From contig CAWHTT010000009.1 in NCBI GenBank assembly GCA_963832315.1, positions 14,110 through 78,109 on the forward strand: a DNA stretch of 64,000 nucleotides, given 5' to 3'. This document shows, piece by piece, positions 1 to 8,981 of this stretch. Source of the DNA: an uncultured Solirubrobacterales bacterium (GTDB taxonomy: Bacteria > Actinomycetota > Thermoleophilia > Solirubrobacterales > Solirubrobacteraceae). Position 1 is the stretch's first letter; the number at the start of each line of letters is the position of its first letter. The notes below the pieces were generated by a model. The model searched no databases. It was not told where the DNA came from and saw only the letters and a program-made list of their open reading frames with translations. The position numbers and the translations under genes were made by a program.

Positions 1-1
1 C

Positions 2-469
2 GCGATGCGCGAGCTGCGCCGGCGGGGCGGGCGGGCGTCGAAGGCCAAGGTCATCGTGCTCACGAGCTTCCTGGACGATGATCGCCTTCTGCCCGCGCTC
101 GAGGCCGGCGCCGCCGGCTATCTGCTCAAGAACTCGCAGCCGAGCGAGCTCGCCCGGGCAGTGCGCGCGGCGCAGGCCGGCGAGGCGATCATCGATCCGA
201 CCGCGGCAGCGCGCCTCCTGGGCGCGCTGGCCGAGCCCGACAACGCGCGATCCAGCGCGGCTGCACTCGATCACCTGACCGGTCGCGAGCGCGAGGTGCT
301 GGCGCTGATCGCGCGGGGCCGGGCCAACAAGCGGATCGCGCTCGAGCTCGGCATCTCCGAGAAGACGGTCAAGACCCACGTCGGCCACGTGCTGGCCAAG
401 CTCGGCGTCGCGGACCGGACCCAGGCCGCCGTGCTCGCCGTGCAGGAGGGTCTCGTCACAAGGTCTTAG
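2..469 (+). CDS. LuxR/NarL-family response regulator, 5' end cut by the window edge
   Basis: The reading frame is open from base 2. It shows the tail of a receiver domain (VIVLTSFLDDD..AGAAGYLLK) followed by a LuxR-type HTH (REREVLALIARGRANKRIALELGISEKTVKTHVGHVLAKLGV). Confidence 0.85.
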   Translation, partial: AMRELRRRGGRASKAKVIVLTSFLDDDRLLPALEAGAAGYLLKNSQPSELARAVRAAQAGEAIIDPTAAARLLGALAEPDNARSSAAALDHLTGREREVLALIARGRANKRIALELGISEKTVKTHVGHVLAKLGVADRTQAAVLAVQEGLVTRS

Positions 470-510
470 GACCAATTACGCCTGGTAACCGGGACCGCCC
501 CCGGCCTACC

Positions 511-1215
511 GTGGCGGGCATGCCTCTAGCCATCATCACCGGATCATCGCGGGGCCTCGGCCTCGCACTTGCCCGCGCCCTGGCCGAGCGTCAATGGGCG
601 CTCGTGCTCGATGCCCGCGGCGCCGCCGACCTCGAGCGCGTCGCCCGCGAGCTCGGCGCGATCACCGAGGTCCTCGCCCTCCCGGGCGACGTGGCCGACG
701 ACTGGCACCGCGGCGCCCTGGTCGAGGCCGCCGGCGAGAAGGTCGACCTGCTGGTCAACAACGCCAGCCTGCTCGGACCCAGTCCCCAGCCACCGCTCGG
801 CGGCTACCCGCTCGACATCCTCGAGCGCGTCTACCGGGTCAACGTGCTCGCGCCGCTGGCCCTCGCCCAGCTGGCCCTGCCCCGCATGGCCGACGGCGGC
901 GTGATCGTCAACGTGAGCTCCGACGCCGCGGTCGAGCCGTACGCGGGCTGGGGCGGCTACGGATCGTCGAAGGCCGCTCTCGATCAGCTCAGCGCGGTCA
1001 TGGCCGAGGAGCACCCGGCGCTGCGGATCTACTCGGTCGACCCAGGCGACATGCGCACCCGGATGCACCAGGACGCTTTCCCCGGCGAGGACATCTCCGA
1101 CATCCCGGCGCCCGAGACGAGCGTTCCCGGCCTGCTCAGCCTGATCGAGGGCGAGCTGCCGAGCGGCCGCTACCTGGCCCGCGAGCTCGTCCCGCTGGCG
1201 GCCGCGCTGCGATGA
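511..1215 (+). CDS. short-chain dehydrogenase/reductase (SDR)
   Basis: N-terminal TGSSRGLGLALARAL Rossmann motif, NNAS, and YGSSK catalytic Tyr-x3-Lys. The stop overlaps the next start (ATGA at 1212..1215). Confidence 0.8.
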   Translation: MAGMPLAIITGSSRGLGLALARALAERQWALVLDARGAADLERVARELGAITEVLALPGDVADDWHRGALVEAAGEKVDLLVNNASLLGPSPQPPLGGYPLDILERVYRVNVLAPLALAQLALPRMADGGVIVNVSSDAAVEPYAGWGGYGSSKAALDQLSAVMAEEHPALRIYSVDPGDMRTRMHQDAFPGEDISDIPAPETSVPGLLSLIEGELPSGRYLARELVPLAAALR

Positions 1216-2249
1216 GCGCGCCGGCGTTCGAGATCGCAGCGGACCTCGAGGCCCACGAGCCGCCCGAGGCGCGGGGCGTCCCGCGCGACGGCGTGCGCCT
1301 GCTCGCCGCGCACCGCCTAAGCGGTGAGGTCGAGCACCGGACGTTCCGCGACCTGCCCGAGCTGCTCGCCGCCGGCGACGTGCTGGTGATCAACGTGTCG
1401 GCCACGATCCCGGCGGCCGTCCCGGCCCGCCGCGATGCCGGCGGCGGCGCGGTGCGGGTGCACTTCGCCACCCGCGCTCCCCACCTCGACGACGACTGGC
1501 GCGTGGTCGAGATCCGTAGCGCCGACGGCCGGCGCCCGGCGCGCCTGCCTGCGGGGGAGCGCCTGAGCCTGAGTGGGGGTGCGTCGCTCGAGCTGGTGGC
1601 GCCGTACGCGTCCGGCCAGCGGCTGATGCTGGCCCGCTTCTGCTGCGAGCTGCTCGTCGACGAGTATCTCGAGCGCCACGGCGAGCCGATCCGCTACGGC
1701 CACGTGCGCGGGACCTGGCCGCTCGAGGCCTACCAGAACGTGTACGCGATCAGCCCGGGCAGCGCGGAGATGCCGAGCGCCGGGCGCCCGTTCACCCGCG
1801 AGTTGCTCTCGCGCCTGGTGGCGCGCGGAGTTGAGGTCGTCCCGATCACCCTGCACGCCGGGGTGTCCTCTCCCGAGAGCCACGAGCCGCCGTTCCCCGA
1901 GTGGTTCGAGGTCCCCGAGCGCACCGCGGAGACGATCTGCGCCACCCGCCACCGTGGTGGGCGCGTGATCGCGGTCGGCACCACCGTGGTGCGCGCGCTC
2001 GAGTCGGCGGCCGCGGCCGACGGGTGCAGCTGCGCGCGCTCCGGGTGGACCGGCCTGGTCGTCACGCCGGAGTGCGGCGTGCGCTCGGTCGACGGGATGA
2101 TCACCGGCTGGCACGAGCCCGAGGCCTCGCACCTGATGATGCTCGAGGCCGTCGCCGGACCCGAGCTACTGCACGCGTCCTACGCCGCCGCGGTGGACGC
2201 CGGGTATCTGTGGCACGAGTTCGGTGACTCGCACCTGATCCTGCCGTGA
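1212..2249 (+). CDS. queA: S-adenosylmethionine:tRNA ribosyltransferase-isomerase
   Basis: The QueA-like sequence starts at MSAPAFEIA (ATG 1212). The upstream part of track ORF 594..2249 is Arg-rich nonsense overlapping the SDR. The conserved C-terminal VGTTVVRALES and HLILP end are present. Confidence 0.8.
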   Translation: MSAPAFEIAADLEAHEPPEARGVPRDGVRLLAAHRLSGEVEHRTFRDLPELLAAGDVLVINVSATIPAAVPARRDAGGGAVRVHFATRAPHLDDDWRVVEIRSADGRRPARLPAGERLSLSGGASLELVAPYASGQRLMLARFCCELLVDEYLERHGEPIRYGHVRGTWPLEAYQNVYAISPGSAEMPSAGRPFTRELLSRLVARGVEVVPITLHAGVSSPESHEPPFPEWFEVPERTAETICATRHRGGRVIAVGTTVVRALESAAAADGCSCARSGWTGLVVTPECGVRSVDGMITGWHEPEASHLMMLEAVAGPELLHASYAAAVDAGYLWHEFGDSHLILP

Positions 2250-2301
2250 TTCCTTTGCGGCGCGGGGTTGCGCCACGCGGTCCTTGGCCGCGAGCTCGAT
2301 C

Positions 2302-2414
2302 ATGCAGAACCTGCCAATCGCGCCCCCTGCCACGGACCGTGGCATCTGTCGCATGTGGTGGATGCAGAACCTGCCACGGTCCCGCACCGTCGGGCCGGTT
2401 GGCAGGTTTTGCAT
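2302..2414. repeat. two 60-bp-spaced palindromic units (ATGCAGAACCTGCCA x2 plus inverted copy)
   Basis: Direct copies at 2302..2316 and 2362..2376, inverted copy at 2400..2414, and internal palindrome TGCCACGG-A-CCGTGGCA at 2328..2344. Lies between convergent queA and usp. Confidence 0.7.
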
Positions 2415-2589
2415 GACGACCGGGCCGATGCCGTCGGACTTACGCAGGATCGTGCCGCACCGGCCGCCGGGCATGGACGCCCGGCGGAACGGCGTCGCGG
2501 CTGCGGCGCGCTCGGCATCCGTGCCTCGCCCGATGCGCCGGCCGCGACATCATCCGGAGGACGTCGAGCGAAGCGAGACCCCGAAAAAC

Positions 2590-3276
2590 CTACGCCGCGT
2601 GCGCGAGAACCGCCGGGAAGTCGATCGACACCCCGCGCGGCACGACCAGCACCGGGCAGGTGGCGTTCTCGATCTCGTTCTGGGCCTGGGCGCTCAGCAG
2701 CACCTGACCGATCGGTGCCTCCAGGCGCGAGCCGATCACGAGCATGTCGACGCGGCGCTCGTCGCGGGTGAGCGTGGCGCCGAAGCTGTCGGCCAGGGCC
2801 CGGGCGGTCTCGATCGTGGTGTCGTCGCCGGGGATCGCGATCACGCCGATCCGGTGGATCCGCGCCCCGAAGTAGTCGGCCGGGGCGATGGCCACCGCGG
2901 CCGGGCCGCACTCGAGCAGGCTCTGCGTGGTGTGCTGCGGCGCGACGCGCCCGGGCGGGGTGCGGTAGTCGGAGCCAAAGACGACGATGTCGGCGCGTTG
3001 CTCCTCGATCAGCCGGCGAAGGCCCTCGGGTGTCGATGGGCTGACCACCACCCGGGTCTTGACGTCGTCCAGGTCGGCTAGCCGGTCGGCGCCGCGGGCG
3101 AGCAGCATCTCGGCCTCGTGCGTCTCGACCTCCTCCTGGGAGCAGTCATCGCAGGTGCAGTGGCGGACGTAAGCCAGGGTCAGCGAGGCGCCGGCGTCGC
3201 TCAAGATTCTTCCGAACATGAGTGCGTCGTGGTCGCCAGGCGTGTCGTCGTAGGAAATGATCGCCCTGGGTGCCAT
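2590..3276 (-). CDS. universal stress protein (tandem Usp domains)
   Basis: Track ORF 2590..3288. The second ATG (3276) has GGAGG 5 nt upstream. UspA-like segments RIGVIAIPGDD and VLVVPRG are present. Confidence 0.75.
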   Translation of the reverse strand: MAPRAIISYDDTPGDHDALMFGRILSDAGASLTLAYVRHCTCDDCSQEEVETHEAEMLLARGADRLADLDDVKTRVVVSPSTPEGLRRLIEEQRADIVVFGSDYRTPPGRVAPQHTTQSLLECGPAAVAIAPADYFGARIHRIGVIAIPGDDTTIETARALADSFGATLTRDERRVDMLVIGSRLEAPIGQVLLSAQAQNEIENATCPVLVVPRGVSIDFPAVLAHAA

Positions 3277-3390
3277 GTGGGCCTCCATTCCTCGGGGGTT
3301 CGGGGGTTGAACCTCCTGTTCGGCGCGAGCATCGCACCTACCTACTATCAGCGCTAATGAAGTTAGTCATGTCACTGATAAGCTGCGCTA

Positions 3391-4317
3391 ATGCTGCATG
3401 TCGGACGCCTGAGGGTCCTGTGCGAGGTGGCGCGCCGGGGGTCGTTCTCGGGCGCGGCCGAGGCGCTGTCGTACACCCAATCGGCGGTCTCGCAGGCGAT
3501 CGCGCGGCTGGAGGCCGAGACCGGCGCGACGCTGATCGTGCGCGACCGCGGCGGGGTCAGGCCGACGGCCGCGGGGACCAGCCTGGTCGAGCACGCGGAG
3601 GCGATCTTCGCGCGGATCGAGGCGGCCGAGACGCAACTCGCCGCGGTGCTCGGCATCCGAGCGGGGCGGCTGCGAATGGCGTCGTTCCCGTCCGCCGGCG
3701 CCACTCTGATGCCGCTTGCCATCGCGCGGTTTCGGGCGCGGCACCCCGACGTGGCGCTGACGCTGGCCGAGGGCGAGCCCGAGGAGATCGCTCCGCGGCT
3801 GCGCGCGGGCGAATTCGATCTGGCCCTGCTGTTCGAGTTCCCCGGCACCCGCGAGCGGCACGGCGCCCGGCTGCGCACCCAGCGCCTGCTCGATGACCCG
3901 ATGCTCGTCGCGCTCCCGGCCGAGCACGCGCTGGCCGGGAAGCGCGCCCTCACGCTGGGCGACCTGCGCGAGCAGGATTGGGTGCAGACCTCCGCCCCCA
4001 GCCCGTGCGCGCGGTTCGTCGTCCGCTCGTGTCTGGCCGCCGGGTTCGAGCCGAAGGTGACGTTCGAGTCAGACGACTACGAGACCGTGCAGGGCCTGGT
4101 CGCGGCGGGGGTGGGGGTGGCGCTGATCCCGCGGCTGGCGCTTACCCACGTGCACCCCGGCATCGTCGTGCGCTCGCTGGCGCCCAAGCCGCCCTCGCGC
4201 CGGGTGGTCGCCGCGACGCTGGCCGCGGCCGGGGTGGCGCCGGCGGCCGGCACGATGATCGAGATCCTCACCGGGGTGGCCGAGCGCTACACCGACCAGC
4301 CGGCGCAGGCCGCTTAG
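3391..4317 (+). CDS. LysR-family transcriptional regulator
   Basis: N-terminal HTH (LRVLCEVARRGSFSGAAEALSYTQSAVSQAIARLE) and a LysR substrate-binding domain. Divergent from the usp gene. Confidence 0.85.
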   Translation: MLHVGRLRVLCEVARRGSFSGAAEALSYTQSAVSQAIARLEAETGATLIVRDRGGVRPTAAGTSLVEHAEAIFARIEAAETQLAAVLGIRAGRLRMASFPSAGATLMPLAIARFRARHPDVALTLAEGEPEEIAPRLRAGEFDLALLFEFPGTRERHGARLRTQRLLDDPMLVALPAEHALAGKRALTLGDLREQDWVQTSAPSPCARFVVRSCLAAGFEPKVTFESDDYETVQGLVAAGVGVALIPRLALTHVHPGIVVRSLAPKPPSRRVVAATLAAAGVAPAAGTMIEILTGVAERYTDQPAQAA

Positions 4318-4323
4318 AGACTC

Positions 4324-6804
4324 TCAGGACCGGGGCTTGACCTTCGTGGTGAGGCGGGTCGTGCGCTTGAGCGCATCGGTCGCCCGGACCGTGAGCCCGA
4401 GGCGCGAGGCGCGGTGGCGCGCCAGGTCGGACACCAGGCTACCGCCGGCCTGGAGCCTCGGGTAGGTGACCGTCACGTGGACCTGCTGCGCGGGGGTGTT
4501 CAGCCTGAGCACGAGCGTTCCGTGCTGGAGCGACACGGTGGACCTCAGGCGATGGTTGCCGCGCCCGGTCACGTTGACCTTCGCGCGCGCGCGCGTGAAG
4601 CGCAGGCCGCGTGGCAGGGTCAGCGTCACGGTCTTCAGGTTGGGCGCATCGCGCCCGGCGGCGAGCATGAACGACAGCCGGGGCCTGGCCGTGCCGACCC
4701 CGGACAGCGACACGTGCGAGAGCGTGGGGTTGGTCTGGATCGTCCAGGCGAACGAGGTGCGCGAAGTGGTCCCGGCCGGATCGGATGCGGCGATGGTCAC
4801 GGTGGACGTCCCGAGGTGACTTGGGCGGCCGGTGATCTTGCCGTTCGAGGTGCCCAGCGAGAGCCCCGCGGGCAGGCCGGTGGCGCTGAAATGCACGCTT
4901 GCCCCGCGGGTGTCTGAGGCCTTGATCTGGAGGCTGACCGGGCTATGCAGCGTGGAGCGCTGCGCCCCCGGGTTGGCCAGCGAGATCGCGTCGGTGCACA
5001 GGGCGCCGGCCAGGGACGAGCCGTTGGGGGTTCCCAGACCGGTGGCCATGTCGTAGCCGGGACCGGCGGCGAACTGGCCGCCGTTGGTGTTGGTCATGTC
5101 GTTGTCGCCGGTCGTGGTGTCGGTGAAATCGGCGGCGTACGCGCTGGCGGCGGCGTTGTAGAGGGCCGGGTTCGCGAAGCCGACGGCCGTCCCGCTGCAC
5201 GGACTCGAGGCGTTGGTCAGCGCGATCAGCGCCGCCCAGGCCGGTGCGGCGCCGCTGGTGCCACCGACGACCTGCCAGCCCGCCGGCACGAGGGGTCCCG
5301 CGCTCCCGCTGCCGTTCCAGTAGATCACGTACCCGGTGTTCGGATCGGCGTCGGCCGATACGTCGGGCACCTCGCGGCAGTTGCCCGAGGTGGCCCCGCA
5401 TGGCGCGCCCGAGGACGCGGAGTTGATGACGTGTAGAGACGCCGGGGCCTCGGTCTGGTAGGCCGGCATCTTCCAGATGGTGGAGATCCCGCCGCCGCTG
5501 GCGCCGACCGTCTGCCCGTTGTTCCACACGGTCTCGCTGGGTCGGGGGCCGAGCGCGTTCACGCGGGTCCCGCCTACGCCGGTCACGAACGGCTGGCTCG
5601 CCGGGTCGTCGACCTGGGGGGTGGGGTTCTCGGGGAAGCAGTCCTGGGCGCCGTCGTCGCCGGAGGCGGAGAAGATCGATTGGCCCTGGGTGGCGGCTTC
5701 CTCGAACAGCGTGTTCTCGGCCGCGGCCTGGCTCGCGCCGTTGATGAACTCACACTGCCCCCACGACGCGGTGACCACCTGGGCGAGATGGTCGGTGATG
5801 ATCTGGCTGAACGTGTCGTACGGGCCCGCGCCCGAGTTCGGCCCCTCGTACACCGCGATGTTCGACTTCGGGGCCAGCCCGATCACGTTCTCGATGTCGA
5901 GCGCCGCCTCCCCCGATCCCTCCCCGGTGCCGGCGCCGCCGTCGACCAGGACATTCTTGAACAGCGCATCGATGCCGTAGCACTGCTCGTAGGCCACGAT
6001 GTCGTTCGCGTCGTAGGGCTCGAGCTCGAGGATCGCCACGGTCTGGCCGGCGCCCTGGTCGGCTGCGCCGCCCGGTCCGCCCGCGGCGTACAGCCCGGAC
6101 AGTCCGTAGGCCGAGGCGATCTGGTCGGCGGTGAACCCGCCCTGGCTCGAGCCGGCTTGGCTCGCGGCCGCGCAGGGTTGCGGGCCGCCCGTGACGACGT
6201 GCGGCTTGGCGGCGAGTGCCCGGGTCGCGGTGTGGGGGCGGACGAGCAGCGGCCTGGCCGCCTGGAGGGTGTCGAGGCCGAGGACCGCCTGGACGTTGGG
6301 AGCGACGTTCGAGTCGAGCGCCGGCGCCTGCTGGTTGACGATCGCGGTGGCGCCGTTTTGGAGGCTCACGTGCGCGAACGACACGGCAAACGCGCGTGCG
6401 AGCGTTCCCGCGGTGCCGCTGACCGGGATCGAAAGCGCGTTGGCACTGGGCGGGCCGGGCGTGAGGCCGTGGGCCCTTAGCGACGCCTCGACCGCCTCGA
6501 CCGCATCGGGTGCCGCGCCGAACCGCTCGGCGAACTGAGCCGGCGTGATGTAGTCGCGGTACTGCGGCGAGCCCGGCGTGGACACCGCGGTGGCGAACGC
6601 CTGGAGGGCCTCCGGATCGCGCGGCTGCAGCGTCACCGTCACGTGCATGGGTGTGTCGGCCGCCACCGCGCTCGCGATGTGAGCGCCTTGCGGCAGCGTT
6701 GGGGTGCTGCCCAGGCGCGTGGCTCCGGCGGAGGCCGGCGCGAGGAGTGAGATCACCCCCGCGCAGGCGCAGGCGATCGAGGCCAATCGAATGGACGGAG
6801 GCAT
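4324..6804 (-). CDS. secreted S53 (sedolisin/kumamolisin-like) serine peptidase with C-terminal Ig-like repeats
   Basis: Signal-peptide-like start MPPSIRLASIACACAGVISLLAPASAGA at ATG 6804. Pro-kumamolisin-type activation segment (SPQYRDYITPAQFAERFG), SGDDG, and GGTSGAAP catalytic Ser motif. Confidence 0.8.
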   Translation of the reverse strand: MPPSIRLASIACACAGVISLLAPASAGATRLGSTPTLPQGAHIASAVAADTPMHVTVTLQPRDPEALQAFATAVSTPGSPQYRDYITPAQFAERFGAAPDAVEAVEASLRAHGLTPGPPSANALSIPVSGTAGTLARAFAVSFAHVSLQNGATAIVNQQAPALDSNVAPNVQAVLGLDTLQAARPLLVRPHTATRALAAKPHVVTGGPQPCAAASQAGSSQGGFTADQIASAYGLSGLYAAGGPGGAADQGAGQTVAILELEPYDANDIVAYEQCYGIDALFKNVLVDGGAGTGEGSGEAALDIENVIGLAPKSNIAVYEGPNSGAGPYDTFSQIITDHLAQVVTASWGQCEFINGASQAAAENTLFEEAATQGQSIFSASGDDGAQDCFPENPTPQVDDPASQPFVTGVGGTRVNALGPRPSETVWNNGQTVGASGGGISTIWKMPAYQTEAPASLHVINSASSGAPCGATSGNCREVPDVSADADPNTGYVIYWNGSGSAGPLVPAGWQVVGGTSGAAPAWAALIALTNASSPCSGTAVGFANPALYNAAASAYAADFTDTTTGDNDMTNTNGGQFAAGPGYDMATGLGTPNGSSLAGALCTDAISLANPGAQRSTLHSPVSLQIKASDTRGASVHFSATGLPAGLSLGTSNGKITGRPSHLGTSTVTIAASDPAGTTSRTSFAWTIQTNPTLSHVSLSGVGTARPRLSFMLAAGRDAPNLKTVTLTLPRGLRFTRARAKVNVTGRGNHRLRSTVSLQHGTLVLRLNTPAQQVHVTVTYPRLQAGGSLVSDLARHRASRLGLTVRATDALKRTTRLTTKVKPRS

Positions 6805-6919
6805 GACCGCAGAGGTCGAGGCTAGCGGGTCGGCCTGGTACCGGCGTCGGTGGCGGCGATCGCGACTCGGCCGTGCGCGCGTCGTTGTACTCCGTCGGGG
6901 CGTGCCATGCTGCCGGGTC

Positions 6920-7543
6920 ATGACCGACGGGATCGTGCTCGGCGACGACGGCGTGGCGCGCTGCTGGTGGGCCGACTCGGCGCCGGAGTATCGGGCCTAC
7001 CACGACCGCGAGTGGGGCTTCCCGGTCGCCGACGACGACCGGCTGTTCGAGAAGCTGAGCCTGGAGGGCTTTCAGTCCGGACTGTCCTGGCTGACCATCC
7101 TGCGCAAGCGCGACGCATTCCGGCGCGCGTTCGCGGGCTTTGACTTCGACGTGGTCGCGGGGTTCGACGACGGAGACGTGGCGCGGTTGCTGGCCGACGC
7201 GTCGATCGTGCGCCACCGGGGCAAGATCGAAGCCGTGATCAACAACGCGGGGCGGGCGGTCGAGATGGTCTCCGAGTGCGGATCTCTGGCGGCCTTCCTG
7301 TGGGGCTTTGAGCCGACGCCGCGGGCCGGGGGGTTGCGCCGCGACGCGATCGAGGCCCACACCGCGGAGTCGCGCGCACTCGCGAAGGAGCTAAAGCGCC
7401 GCGGCTGGCGGTTCGTCGGGCCCACCACGGTGTACGCGTTCATGCAGGCCATGGGCCTGGTCAACGATCACCTGGAAGGCTGCGCCGCGTGGGCCTCGGT
7501 CGAGCAGGCCCGCGAGCAGTTCAAGCGGCCTACAGCAGCCTGA
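6920..7543 (+). CDS. tag: DNA-3-methyladenine glycosylase I
   Basis: MTDGIVLGDDGVARCWW..YHDREWGFP..LEGFQSGLSWLTILRKR is typical of Tag. ATG at 6920 lies inside the longer track ORF 6704..7543. Confidence 0.85.
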   Translation: MTDGIVLGDDGVARCWWADSAPEYRAYHDREWGFPVADDDRLFEKLSLEGFQSGLSWLTILRKRDAFRRAFAGFDFDVVAGFDDGDVARLLADASIVRHRGKIEAVINNAGRAVEMVSECGSLAAFLWGFEPTPRAGGLRRDAIEAHTAESRALAKELKRRGWRFVGPTTVYAFMQAMGLVNDHLEGCAAWASVEQAREQFKRPTAA

Positions 7544-8288
7544 CGATCGCGGTGATCCCCACCACCACGATCACCGCGCGCAGCGCCGCCGGGGGCAGAC
7601 GCCGGCCGTAGCGCGCGCCGAGCACGCCACCGATCGTCGAGCCGATCGCGATCAGCAGCGCGACCAGCCAGGCGACGTGCGCGGCGAACACGAACACCAC
7701 CCCGGCCACCAGGTTGACCAGGCCGGCCAGCACGACCTTCAGCGCGTTGATCCGCTGGAGGTCCTCGCCCTCGAAGGACAGCCCGAGGATGGCCAGCAGG
7801 AGGATCCCCTGGGCGGCGCCGAAGTAGCCGCCGTACACGCCGCTCGCGAAGATCGACGCGGTGGCCACCGGGCCGACGCGATCGCGGTCGCGGGGGCGCC
7901 CACGATGGGCGGTCAGCGCGCGCGACAGGCGCGGCTGGAGCACGATCAGTACCAGCGCGATCGCGATGAAGGCGGGGACGATCGTCTTGAACGCGCTCGG
8001 CGGAAGGCTGAGCAGGAGGATCGCGCCGGTGACGCCGCCGATCGTCGAGGCGGTGGCGAGCGGGATCGCGCGCCGGGTCTGACCCTTCAGCTCGTTCCGG
8101 TAGCCGATCGCGCCCGACACAGAGCCCGGGACGAGGCCGACGGTGTTGGAAACGTTGGCGGTCACCGGGGGATAGCCGAACGCGAGCAGGACGGGAAACG
8201 TGAATAGCGTGCCGCTGCCCACCACCGTGTTGATCGTGCCGGCCACGATCCCCGCCCCGAAGATCCCGAGCGCGTGCGGCAGCGTCAT
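7530..8288 (-). CDS. TauE/SafE-family anion exporter membrane protein
   Basis: Polytopic membrane protein with GAGIVAGTINTVVGSGTLFTFPVLL and a repeated half, as in TauE/SafE. Confidence 0.8.
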   Translation of the reverse strand: MTLPHALGIFGAGIVAGTINTVVGSGTLFTFPVLLAFGYPPVTANVSNTVGLVPGSVSGAIGYRNELKGQTRRAIPLATASTIGGVTGAILLLSLPPSAFKTIVPAFIAIALVLIVLQPRLSRALTAHRGRPRDRDRVGPVATASIFASGVYGGYFGAAQGILLLAILGLSFEGEDLQRINALKVVLAGLVNLVAGVVFVFAAHVAWLVALLIAIGSTIGGVLGARYGRRLPPAALRAVIVVVGITAIVRLL

Positions 8289-8309
8289 GGGGTTGCTTGT
8301 ATCCGCGTT

Positions 8310-8981
8310 CTAGGTCCGGTACGCGCGGACGAGGTAACCGCTGCGGCCGGGGCTCTGGATCTCGACGCGGTCGAAGCCGCTGGCGCCGAACATCAACTCG
8401 AGCTCCCGGCGGCTGTAGTTGAAGATCGGGCAGTCGCCGATCCACTCGTAGCGCACCTTGCGGATCGGCCCCTTGAGGATCGACCAGGTCGGGAACGAGC
8501 CGACCACGCAGCCGCCGGGTGCGGCGAGCTCGAACATGCGCCGGGCGAAGCGGTGCGGCTCGGGCAGGTAGTCGAACAGCCCGACCGCGAGGATCACCTC
8601 GAACGGCCCGGTGAGCTCGGCGGTCAGGAAGTCGTCGACGATGAGGTCCATGCGGTCGGCGAAGCGGCCTTCCAGTCGCGCGCGAGCGAGGTCGATCATC
8701 GGCGCCGAGAAGTCCACGCCGACATAGTGCTGGGCGCCCGCCGCTTCGAGGACGAACTCGCCGATGCGACCGGAACCGCAGCCCACGTCGAGGACGCGCG
8801 GGCTCGCGTAGGCCTTGACGGTGTCAACGGCCAACTGGCGCCGGCGGAACAGCCCGGGGCGCAGCGTGCGCACCAGCCAGCGCTCGTCCTCGTACAGATC
8901 GTCGAACTGATGCGCGCGTTCTTCGAAGCGCGTACGGACGCGCTCAGGCGCCGCCGTCGAGTCGTGCATGGGCCTCACCAT
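8310..8981 (-). CDS. class I SAM-dependent methyltransferase
   Basis: The VLDVGCGSGRIG motif I is present. It overlaps the 3' end of the upstream deacetylase gene. An alternative start is M5 at 8969. Confidence 0.75.
   Translation of the reverse strand: MVRPMHDSTAAPERVRTRFEERAHQFDDLYEDERWLVRTLRPGLFRRRQLAVDTVKAYASPRVLDVGCGSGRIGEFVLEAAGAQHYVGVDFSAPMIDLARARLEGRFADRMDLIVDDFLTAELTGPFEVILAVGLFDYLPEPHRFARRMFELAAPGGCVVGSFPTWSILKGPIRKVRYEWIGDCPIFNYSRRELELMFGASGFDRVEIQSPGRSGYLVRAYRT

Noticed and set aside
594-2249. 551-aa track ORF spanning the SDR and queA.
   Set aside because: Its first 200 residues are Arg/Pro/Gly-rich and overlap the well-supported SDR gene in another frame. The QueA-like sequence begins only at ATG 1212.
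5750-7360. 536-aa minus-strand ORF overlapping the S53 peptidase and tag.
   Set aside because: Extremely Arg/Gly/Pro-rich and out of frame or antisense to two genes with clear family motifs. This is a typical high-GC artefact. The same applies to 1317..2132, 7468..8445, 8968..9978, 10030..11247 and 11051..12583.
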